Assembly: GCA_964349045.1 (NCBI GenBank)
Contig: CAYGFI010000004.1
Span: forward strand, 15,439-79,438
Origin: an uncultured Chitinophaga sp.
Lineage (GTDB): Bacteria > Bacteroidota > Bacteroidia > Bacteroidales > GCA-2748055
Direction of reading: 5' to 3'
Length of the DNA stretch: 64,000 nucleotides
Shown here: piece after piece, positions 20,227 to 29,400 of the stretch
Layout of the letters: the number at the start of each line of letters is the position of its first letter
How positions within the stretch are numbered: the first letter of the stretch is position 1
Notes under the pieces: generated by a model
What the model saw: the letters and a program-made list of their open reading frames with translations, nothing else
Databases searched by the model: none
Told to the model about the DNA's origin: nothing
Position numbers and translations under genes: made by a program

Positions 20227-20709
20227 TTGAATAAAAATAAAAAAATGTCAGACTCAGTTTCAGGATTGATCCAGATCATGCTGGCGCCAGGTATTATGAT
20301 TTCAGCCTGCGGATTGCTTCTTTTGGGGATGAATAATAAATATTCACTTGTTGTTAACCGGATCAGGCTTTTGAATGAGGAACGCAGAAAACTTCGTACT
20401 GAAGAAGAAAAGAAAACCAATAAGAAAAAGAGACATAAGAGTATTGAAATACAGATATCAAAACTCAGTTACAGGATCTATCTGATCAAAAATGCGGTTT
20501 TTTCCTATTCACTTGCAGTCGCCTTCTTTATTATCTCCTCACTCTTAATAGGACTGAATCAGATGAATTCATTGACAGGATTAAGCTGGGTTGTTATTTT
20601 GACATTTCTGGTTGGAATGCTTTTCGTTTTTGCCGGAATAATTTTTGCGGCAATTGAAGTGTGGAAGGGATTTAAAATTGTTCAGATCGAAATCAAGGAC
20701 TTAAGTTAG
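20227..20709 (+). CDS. DUF2721 membrane protein
   Basis: MLAPGIMISACGLLLLGMNNKYSLVVNRIRLLNEE, then a charged linker and two C-terminal TM segments, fits the DUF2721 layout. Confidence 0.6.
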   Translation: MNKNKKMSDSVSGLIQIMLAPGIMISACGLLLLGMNNKYSLVVNRIRLLNEERRKLRTEEEKKTNKKKRHKSIEIQISKLSYRIYLIKNAVFSYSLAVAFFIISSLLIGLNQMNSLTGLSWVVILTFLVGMLFVFAGIIFAAIEVWKGFKIVQIEIKDLS

Positions 20710-20952
20710 GATATTGTAAATCAAGATTTTAGACAATCCATTATATGACAATGGGTGCGATAGCTTTGAAACTAAAATTCAGATATTGATGGGTTTTGCT
20801 AATTTGAAACTTTTAAGTTCATATTTATTCCTCCGGTACTTTATTTCTAAAGATATAATTGAGAATTAAGAAATATTTTGAAAAAAATGACACTTAAGCA
20901 TGTTTTTTCTTTCAAATTGTTATATCTTTAGAAAAACCATTCGTTTTTACCC

Positions 20953-21759
20953 TTGAGAATAATAGGCAACATAAGAGAGAGTGTTGATAAACTGCATCAG
21001 TATTATGGTACTGAAAGACTTGACGATGCAATGAATCATGTATATTCAGAAATGGTACAGTTTGATTACATAAACTGGCTGCCAATTCTTGAGGTATGTG
21101 TTTCGCAAAATTATCTTCCCGAAAATCTTCTTAACATCTGCATGAATTATTTCATGTGGAAAGGAAACATGAAAGCCAGCGCCGATTTCGCAAGAGTACT
21201 TAAATACTGGAAGAATAAAGGGCTGAACGACATCGAAGATCAGCAGGATTTCACCCCATTAAGTGATATCTACCGGGAGTTTGCCTTTGAGGAAGAGGGC
21301 GATCAGATGAAAAAAATATTGCATAATTCACTTGAAAATGAAGTTTTTAATCATAACACTTCCTTTTTTTATTCAAGTTTAAAATCACTCTACTATACGG
21401 GAATTCTCGAAAATATTATGTTACTGCGGGTTTATTATTCCTATAACCTGCTTTATTATACTCAGATATGGGAATTTGGTATTCGAAAGTTAAAAACATT
21501 TTCAAGTTATAATCCGGGGATATTACAGCAATGGGTTAATATCTATTTTACCACAACAGGAGATAATCCCGGTGACGAAGAACTTTTCCATCATATTCTC
21601 CCATCACATCCAGGTGAAATTGAAAGGCGTAAAGATATTTTCCTGGTACTTGGCTTCCACCGTGAAACAGGCAAACTTATACGGATCGTTTTATTTAAGC
21701 AACGGGCGGATAAGAATAAAGCCATTGCAATCTGGAGAGATACGATGCTTCAAAACTGA
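20953..21759 (+). CDS. hypothetical protein (no recognisable domain)
   Basis: 268-codon ORF, Tyr/Asn-rich, opening with TTG. The first in-frame ATG is 26 codons in. No motif is recognised. Confidence 0.4.
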   Translation: MRIIGNIRESVDKLHQYYGTERLDDAMNHVYSEMVQFDYINWLPILEVCVSQNYLPENLLNICMNYFMWKGNMKASADFARVLKYWKNKGLNDIEDQQDFTPLSDIYREFAFEEEGDQMKKILHNSLENEVFNHNTSFFYSSLKSLYYTGILENIMLLRVYYSYNLLYYTQIWEFGIRKLKTFSSYNPGILQQWVNIYFTTTGDNPGDEELFHHILPSHPGEIERRKDIFLVLGFHRETGKLIRIVLFKQRADKNKAIAIWRDTMLQN

Positions 21760-21764
21760 TTTCT

Positions 21765-23096
21765 TCATTCCAGTTCTTCCCGGACATTCTCCTCTTTATA
21801 CCAGTTTATCTTTCTTGTCAGAAACATAAATGTTCCAAGAACAATAAACAATCCTATACTTCCAAAAAGCAGGGAATAATCCTGTAATTGAAGAATGATA
21901 TAGAGAAATCCATACAATAGAGCTAACACGACCCCGGTGATCATTGTAAAGCCAATATTATGGTATCCGCTATGTATATAAGAGCTTATTAAAAGAATAA
22001 TCGCTGAAGCAGAAACAAAAAAAGCATACCCGAAACTTATTTGTTCCGAGATGGAAATAAGTAAGACATAAAAAACAGATAATGAAATCCCCGTAAGCAG
22101 ATATTGTATGGGATGAAGTCTATTCCTGTTAAGTATTTCAATCAAAAGGAAAAGAAGGAAAGTCAGCCCTATAAACATAATGGCATATTTAGCAGATCGT
22201 TCAGCTTTCTGATAATGACCTACCGGCAATAAAAGGCCTACTCCAAAACCGGAATGATCAATGTTATAATCCTTATTTTTCCATGATTGCGGATAATTTC
22301 TGTTTAAATGGGTAACCATCCATGTTGCATTAAACCCGGAATCTGTGATAATCCTATTCACAGGCAAAAACTCGCCATCAAAAGTTGGATCCGACCATGA
22401 AGAATTCAATGTTACTTCTGTAATTTTTCCGACTGGGTAAAAGTTCAATGAATTAGAGCCATTCAAAGATATGTTGAACAGGAAGGGGATCGTTTCATTC
22501 TTTTCAGATTCTTTCAGATTAAATTTACAGTGAAATCCGGTTGAAATAATATCCTTTACCGGTATACCGGGAATTACATTCAAATCTATCTTCATCAATG
22601 TTACAGAAACATTGTTTTTAACTCCCCTCATATCTGAAACCCCAACACTTAAAAGAGCATTTTCAAATTCGGCATTTTCCGGATCTATCCCTAATTCCTT
22701 CAAATCAGGCATTTCAAATGCTCCTTCCGATTGTAACAGGGTATTATAAACCGCAACTTTAAAAATTCCCCTGTACCGGATCTCAGGAACAATTTTACCG
22801 GAAATTTTCAATTCTGAGGGCAGAAAATGCGCATATTCAATCTGAGTAGAAATCTTTCCATCATTGTCAATATATTTCTTAAATGGAATTGTCAGAATCG
22901 GGCCAACCAGTGACTGATCATTTCCCCAGGAAGAGCTGATTTCATTCATAACTTCTATTTGCCGCATCTGTCTTTCGTTGATAATTTTCTGAATCCAAAC
23001 TGAAGGAATTAGTAGAATTAGACTCAGAAATCCGATTAAAATGAACTTAAAAGAGATCGTTCGGGTGACATTAGTAACTAAATTTGATGTTTTCAT
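21765..23096 (-). CDS. creD: cell envelope integrity inner-membrane protein CreD
   Basis: It has an N-terminal anchor, WGNDQSLVGPILTIPF, a large periplasmic domain and a C-terminal cluster of 5 TM segments. This is the CreD architecture. Confidence 0.8.
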   Translation of the reverse strand: MKTSNLVTNVTRTISFKFILIGFLSLILLIPSVWIQKIINERQMRQIEVMNEISSSWGNDQSLVGPILTIPFKKYIDNDGKISTQIEYAHFLPSELKISGKIVPEIRYRGIFKVAVYNTLLQSEGAFEMPDLKELGIDPENAEFENALLSVGVSDMRGVKNNVSVTLMKIDLNVIPGIPVKDIISTGFHCKFNLKESEKNETIPFLFNISLNGSNSLNFYPVGKITEVTLNSSWSDPTFDGEFLPVNRIITDSGFNATWMVTHLNRNYPQSWKNKDYNIDHSGFGVGLLLPVGHYQKAERSAKYAIMFIGLTFLLFLLIEILNRNRLHPIQYLLTGISLSVFYVLLISISEQISFGYAFFVSASAIILLISSYIHSGYHNIGFTMITGVVLALLYGFLYIILQLQDYSLLFGSIGLFIVLGTFMFLTRKINWYKEENVREELE

Positions 23097-23157
23097 GGTT
23101 TTTTGTTTTTAAAGTACTTTGCATTACAAAGCGTATAAATAAAAAAAAGTTAAGAAA

Positions 23158-23469
23158 TCAGCTTTTTATTTTTCCCTGATTCCTGATCAGATTTTCCAAA
23201 GCATCAAGGTGGTTGGTAAATGCCTGTTTTCCGTTTATTGTTGCGGAGTAACTTGTATTCGGTTTACGCCCGATAAATTGTTTGGAAACTGTAATCATAT
23301 TTTCAGTCTCAAGGGTTTTAAGATGGCTGGCAAGATTTCCATCCGTTATTTCCAGGATATCCTTAAAGGTGTTAAAATCTACAGAATGGTTTACCATAAG
23401 AACAGACATAATCCCAAGTCTGATCCTGTTTTCAAATGTTTTATTGATTAATCTAATAGGATTTCCCAT
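23158..23469 (-). CDS. small winged-helix transcriptional regulator (HTH_34-like)
   Basis: 103 aa. RLGIMSVLMVN..VDFNTFKDILEITDGNLASHLKTLE is an ArsR/HTH_34-type wHTH. It lies directly upstream of creD. Confidence 0.7.
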   Translation of the reverse strand: MGNPIRLINKTFENRIRLGIMSVLMVNHSVDFNTFKDILEITDGNLASHLKTLETENMITVSKQFIGRKPNTSYSATINGKQAFTNHLDALENLIRNQGKIKS

Positions 23470-23517
23470 TTTGCCCTTCCTTATTCAAATATTTTCCGGT
23501 ATAAGTTATTAATGCTC

Positions 23518-24155
23518 CTACCAGGTTTTTTTATTAATGTAATACATTACAATTCCATAGATAATATGCCAGACACCAAAACCTACTGTCCAGAATAAAA
23601 GGCTGTTATTAATAAAGATCACCGCCAGTAAACCGGTGATGATCTCGGCAAAACCCAGATAATTGATACTGTACTCAGTATATTTTCCGGCATTGACTAA
23701 TGCCAGCCCATAGAAAAGGAGCATTAGAGGTGCAATCAGGTTCAATTCCAGTCGCAGTAAAAGAATTAAACACAGAATGCCCCCGGTTGCAAGAGGAATA
23801 AAAAATTAACCAGCATTCTCCTGGATGCAGAATTCCACAATGGAATGTTCATTCTATCGGCTTTGCGTTTTGAAAAATACCATCCGGAAAGTAATGCCAG
23901 AATTAATACAATAACTGCATTGATTACCATAAAACGAAGTAAAGGCATATCAACTGAGGTTCCTGATCCACTGAAATACTCATCATATCTTACCAATCCA
24001 ATCCTGGTATAGAGCCACACATTTAATGCCCCAACGATTGCGAATGTCCCTGCAAATATTCCGGATAATCCGCTAAGAGAAAGAAATCTGGACGATTTAT
24101 CCATCAGGCTTCGTATTTCAGCCAGTTCCTGTAAGTGTTTTTGATTGGTTTCCAT
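23518..24155 (-). pseudogene. 4-TM membrane protein gene split by a 1-nt frameshift in an A6/T6 run
   Basis: The ORF 24155..23766 ends ...RRMLVNFLFLLQPGAFCV*. The adjacent frame is open from 23805 and reads FFIPLATGGILCLILLLRLELNLIAPLM..., running into ORF 23745..23518. One extra A in the run 23800-23805 fuses them into about 212 aa. Confidence 0.6.
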
Positions 24156-24386
24156 TGAGCAATATTAAAAGTTCTTTGTGATGCAAAGTAAAAAAACAAA
24201 TTTATGATTTGCAATAGCTATTAGAAAAAAATCAAAAAAATAATTAACTATTCTTGAAAAATGTAAGAAAACTCGTAATTCTAAGCGACAAAATATTAGG
24301 AGCCTGTCGGGATGATTCTAATTCAAAGTGTTATTTTTGTTCAAAATAAAAAGTTCTTCAAATCATTTACAAATCATAAAAATCAG

Positions 24387-24785
24387 ATGGAACAGCTTAC
24401 TCTTACTACCCCGGCCCTATTATTTTCCGCCATTTCTCTACTGTTATTAGCTTATACAAATCGTTTTCTTGCTTATGCCCAGGTTGTCAGAAACCTCCAT
24501 GCACGATTTAAGGAGGATCCAAGCCATATTCTTCTGGGACAAATTAACAATCTAAGACGTCGTTTAGTTCTGACCCGTAACATGCAGATTCTTGGAATTA
24601 TCAGTCTTTTGCTTTGTGTCCTGGTAATGTTTCTGATTTATGTGAAGTATATTTTGATTGCTGAAATGCTCTTTGGTATTGCCCTGATACTTTTGATACT
24701 TTCTCTTGCTTTATCTGTACGTGAGATTCAGATTTCCGTGAAAGCGCTTGATATTCATCTGAGCGACATGGAAGAAATGCCGTAA
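24387..24785 (+). CDS. DUF2721 membrane protein (second paralog)
   Basis: TTPALLFSAISLLLLAYTNRFLAYAQVVRNLHARF shows the same layout as 20227..20709. I chose the ATG at 24387. Confidence 0.6.
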   Translation: MEQLTLTTPALLFSAISLLLLAYTNRFLAYAQVVRNLHARFKEDPSHILLGQINNLRRRLVLTRNMQILGIISLLLCVLVMFLIYVKYILIAEMLFGIALILLILSLALSVREIQISVKALDIHLSDMEEMP

Positions 24786-24801
24786 TTGGCCGAACTTGGG
24801 A

Positions 24802-25557
24802 TTATTTTTCCCTCTCATATCCCTGCAGAGCATCTTTTAGTTCGCGGATAATCTCGTTTCTGAGCCCGGCCGGTTCAAGAACTTTTATATCACATCCCAA
24901 TCCAAGAAGTATCGATTTAAACTCATATGTAGTGTGTACCCTGTAATTGAATATAATATTTTTTTCATCCTCAGATTCAATGCTTTGACTGGGATGAAGG
25001 GGTTGAGTAATGAGATAATGCGCCTGGGGTTTTAAAACTTCAATTCTTACTTTAGGTGGTTCACCTGCAGGAGAAATAATTCCAACTGTATTCTTAAAAT
25101 AATCTCTTGCATTAAATTTTTTTGTAATAAATGGCAGATCTGTTTCTTTAATTTCCCATATCCGGTCAAGACTATATGTTCTCAACTCCTTTTTAGTCTC
25201 ATTCAGCCCAATGAGGTACCAACGATAGTGAAATTCTTTCAGCAGATAGGGATGTACACGAATAAAATAGGGTTTCTCTTCATAAAAAGGCTGATAATAA
25301 ATTTCCAGAACTTTTTTATTACGGATCCCTTCAATAAGGATTGGTAGAAATTCAGAGCCCCATATTTCAGGAACTTTCTCGAAGTCTATAAAGTCGGCTT
25401 CCGATCCATCACTAATCAAACTGCTAATCCGGATTGTATCTCCAAGTTTTTGAACTATTCCTTTAAGATCATTTGATATCTCCTTATTTTTCAGTCCTTT
25501 AAGAGCCGATATTACTTCTTCGAGTAGTTGTGGGAAGTTTGAGTTTTTGTTATTCAT
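24802..25557 (-). CDS. WYL-domain protein lacking a recognisable N-terminal HTH
   Basis: VLEIYYQPFYEEKPYFIRVHPYLLKEFHYRWYLIGL...RTYSLDRI is a WYL domain, followed by a WCX-like C-terminal domain. Only about 85 aa precede the WYL domain and they show no wHTH pattern. Confidence 0.7.
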   Translation of the reverse strand: MNNKNSNFPQLLEEVISALKGLKNKEISNDLKGIVQKLGDTIRISSLISDGSEADFIDFEKVPEIWGSEFLPILIEGIRNKKVLEIYYQPFYEEKPYFIRVHPYLLKEFHYRWYLIGLNETKKELRTYSLDRIWEIKETDLPFITKKFNARDYFKNTVGIISPAGEPPKVRIEVLKPQAHYLITQPLHPSQSIESEDEKNIIFNYRVHTTYEFKSILLGLGCDIKVLEPAGLRNEIIRELKDALQGYEREK

Positions 25558-25729
25558 TTGATCCGGTTTAATTAGAAATGTGCTTTTCAGAGTATCAGAA
25601 ATCTTTAACCCCTAAAAGTAAATGTAAAAATCTTATATTGTATGAGTGAATCAGGAAAACCGGTTATTATTGCATTAAATTGAGCACAATTCCATAAATT
25701 CGAATGATTTATCCAATATAATTAACAAA

Positions 25730-25898
25730 ATGAAACCCTCATGCACTGACGTACACAACAAGGACATGAAAATACATGAGGGTTCCATGAGAAACAACTT
25801 AATATACAATAACATAACTCAAATATTTTCTCATGAAACCCACATGTGCTTCGAACACAAACACATATGAATATAATTCCCTGACATGTGGGTTCCAT
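25730..25898. repeat. two tandem imperfect hairpins (four copies of a 14-15 nt motif, arranged -> <- -> <-)
   Basis: The arms are L1 25730-25743 ATGAAACCCTCATG, R1 25775-25788 CATGAGGGTTCCAT, L2 25833-25847 ATGAAACCCACATGT and R2 25884-25898 ACATGTGGGTTCCAT. The two units differ by one compensatory change. Confidence 0.8.
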
Positions 25899-25927
25899 CT
25901 GACCATTAAAAAATAAATTATATACAG

Positions 25928-26308
25928 ATGAAAAGCTATCATAAATATTACAAGCTTAAAGCCAAGCCCGATGAAGTTTATAATGCACTTGTAAAGCCAC
26001 TTGCAATCGAATTATGGACAGGAGATAAAGCCGAAATGGAAGAAAAACCCGGCAGTTTATTTTCTATTTTCGGGGGAGATATTACAGGCTTAAATCTTGA
26101 ATTTGCTGAAAATGAGAAAATTGTACAGGAATGGTTTTTTGGTGAAATAGAAAAGGATTCAATTGTAACTATTACCCTTCATGCTGCCGGTACCGCAACA
26201 AATATTGAATTGTTGCATACAAATATTCCGGATGAGGCCTTTGATGATATAAAATATGGCTGGGATCATTATTATTTTGGGGCCTTGCGTGATTTTTTTC
26301 ATCACTGA
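25928..26308 (+). CDS. SRPBCC/Aha1-domain protein
   Basis: 126 aa. ...VYNALVKPLAIELWTG...FGGDITGLNLEFAENEKIVQEW... is typical of the Aha1/START-like superfamily. Confidence 0.65.
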   Translation: MKSYHKYYKLKAKPDEVYNALVKPLAIELWTGDKAEMEEKPGSLFSIFGGDITGLNLEFAENEKIVQEWFFGEIEKDSIVTITLHAAGTATNIELLHTNIPDEAFDDIKYGWDHYYFGALRDFFHH

Positions 26309-26463
26309 AAGAATTAAGCACAGACCCGCTTTGCGTGATGCTATGGGCGCAGAGGATACGCAATATTCAGTGAATTGATAAATGAATCATTTTATCTTAT
26401 AGTTAACAATTTATAAATCAGCCACAGATTTCAGCCAGGCGCAACTAATATGTTTACAAATCA

Positions 26464-29400
26464 ATGAAAACCCGTCTATCATTTTTTTTATTCCTGATAT
26501 TTTTTCTCCTCCGTCCTTCATTGTTGTTTTCAAGGGATCTATCGAGTATTAAGCGCAGTGGTAAGATTTATGTCGGGATGACGAAGGATGATAAAAAGAA
26601 TATTAATTATCCTCTGGCTATCGAATTTGCAAAATACCTTAATGTTGAACTGATAATTGTTGAGATAACCTGGGAAGAAGCCTTCATGCAAAACAGTATT
26701 ATTCCGGATGATATTGAGACTAACCCTTCTCTTTCATATACTCCCGATATTTTTAAAAAAGTTGATATCATTTGCAGTACGTTTACGATTCTGGAATGGA
26801 GAAAAAAGCTTTTTGATTTTGCTGAAACACTTAACTCTGCTGAATTACTTTTGGTAGATAAGAAAAATCCACCTATGAAAGACTTCTCAATGCTTGAAGG
26901 AAAAGAAATCGGTTTCGTAAGTGGAACAAGCTTTGAGACTAACCTGAATCGCATTAATAAAAATCTTTCCGGTACCATAAAACTTACTCCAACTAAAACC
27001 AGCGAAGAATCAAAAACCCTGCTGCACACGGGTAAGGTTTTTGGAATTATTCTTGATGCTGATGAAGCGCTGAATTATAACGCACAAAGTGGTCAGAAGT
27101 ATAGTATTGCCCTGCCAATCAGCCCAATGACCAAAACTGCCTGGGCTATTGAAAAAGGGAATAATCTGAATAACGAGGTTGAGGATTTTTTCAAAACTAT
27201 TGAAAACAATGGCGTTCTTAATACGATATTCATCAGCAGATTCGGAATATCCTATTCCAGTTATGTTGAAAAAATAAACAAGAATCTCCTGCATGAAAAA
27301 TACCATCGGGACCTGAATGAAATCCTTATCTCAAGAAAGCTGGTTGTGGCATTACGTGACAGGAGTTTTATTTACCAGGAGGGAGGAGAAAAGCAGTTTA
27401 TGCATGCACTGGCAGAAGAATTTGCTGATTATCTTGGAGTTTCCCTGGAATATGTTGTTACTCCATATCTGAATAAATATTGGGAAACTGAGAATAGTGG
27501 ATTTGTACGCGACAGTGCATACACTCCGGACTGGTTTAATTATTTTGATGTTGCCTGTGAGGTATTTGCTCCCCTTGAATGGCGTTTGAAAAAAATCGAT
27601 TTTGTGCCTGTCTATCCCTCCGAATATTCTGTTATTGCAAGAAAAGAAGCACAGTTAAAAAATATTGAAGATCTCAGAGGCTTAAAATGTGTCACCAATA
27701 AAGGATCCGTATACGAAGATATTTTAAATGATAATAAGCTAACCAACTATTATTACGAACCGGTTAATAATTTTCTTTCAGATGTTCAATCCGGGAAGGC
27801 CGATTATACAATTATATATAATGCTTTCTATGAACTTTCAAGCTATCCTGAACTTGAAACCAAAATCGCTCTCGGAACACTTGATGTCTGCTGGGGATTA
27901 CGCAAAGACCAACCACAACTGAAGGCTGAACTTGAAAAATTTATTGCACAGTCGCAGAATAAGGGGCTGATTAATATCCTGATCAAAGCGATGAAAAGAA
28001 AAACCCTGCAATCGCCAGAAGCCTTCATTCATAGCTATTATGAAAGTTTTCAAACCGGTCAGTTTCCCTATGTTTTATATGGCGCTGAGAATGGATTGCC
28101 TCAGGAGGATATTTTTACCATTTTTCAGGATAATAAAGGATACATGTGGTTTGGAACCAATTCCGGAGCAGTAAGGTATAACGGCAGGGAAATGAAAGCC
28201 ATTGGCGATCTGAATGGATTATCCGATAATATTGTCAGAGCCATTAATCAGGATGCTGCCGGCAAAATATATATTGCCACATCGAATGGTATTTCCATAT
28301 TTGACAAAGATACTATTGTAGATCGGCTATTTACAGGTTCCGGATTTCATTCCATTTTCATTGATAAATTTAACAGCAAATGGTTCGTAGGAAATGATGG
28401 GATTTATATTTTAAGCCAGTATGGTTCGCAGCGCCACCTGAATAAAGATTTTCCTCTTTTGCCCAACATCATCTACAGCATCACTGAAGATATAAATACC
28501 GGTGATAAATATATAGCCACCTCTGAAGGGGTATATTATTATTCAACTGAATCGAATCAGCTGTTAAGGCTGACAAAAGAAGACTGTTATTCCCTTTTCA
28601 TAGATGTAAACGACAGTATATGGATTTCTACCAAAAAAGGGTTATTTATAGTCGACATCCGTGATATTAAATCCGGATATTTTGCAAACAAGGCGAAGAA
28701 TCTTAACTCTATATTAAATTTCCCAAACACTATTATTAAAAACATAAGCACAAACAAATACGGTTCCGTCTGGCTGGTTTCAGACTCTAAAGTTATACAG
28801 GTACTTTCAACTGATCAGTCAGCCATAATTTATGAACCTGAAATTGGCTTAAAAAATAATAGGATCATGTCCTTCCTGATAGATCAGGAAGATAATATTT
28901 GGGTAGGTTTTTCAGGAGGATTACAACGATTATCAATTAAAAAGGGATTACGTAACTTCTTTCCCAATACCATTAATTCATATATTTATTCGGTCTTCCA
29001 GGATATTAATGATCGTTTATGGATTGCTTCAAATAATGGAGTATATTACTATGACAATAAGCTAATTAACTTTACTCCAAATTTGCATGGGCACCATCAG
29101 AAATTTGTGATAGGACAGCTTTCCGGAAGGAATTTGTTATTTGCCAGTAGCGAGGGATTTTTTGAAGTTGATCCACTGACTCTTTCTGTTGTGCGAAAAA
29201 GGATTTTCGATCAGATATTGTTGAGTCTTGAAAATATTTTCATTTCTTCCAAAGGTGAAATAGTTCTACTGACCGGAAATAACGGTACTCTTTACTATTT
29301 TACCGATTTTCACTCGAGTCCCGTTATAATTAAAGAAAAACGATCTTCGAACATATTCCAGCTTATTGAAAGAAACGGACGGATCCTTGGTGGAAATACC

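Noticed and set aside
25730-25870. Plus-strand sORFs starting at the left hairpin arms: MKPSCTDVHNKDMKIHEGSMRNN... (46 aa), and MKPTCASNTNTYEYNSLTCGFHLTIKK (27 aa) from 25833.
   Set aside because: The shared MKP[ST]C start is a direct consequence of the repeated ATGAAACCC.CATG arm. The peptides are short and otherwise unrelated. They are noted only as an alternative reading of the hairpin element.
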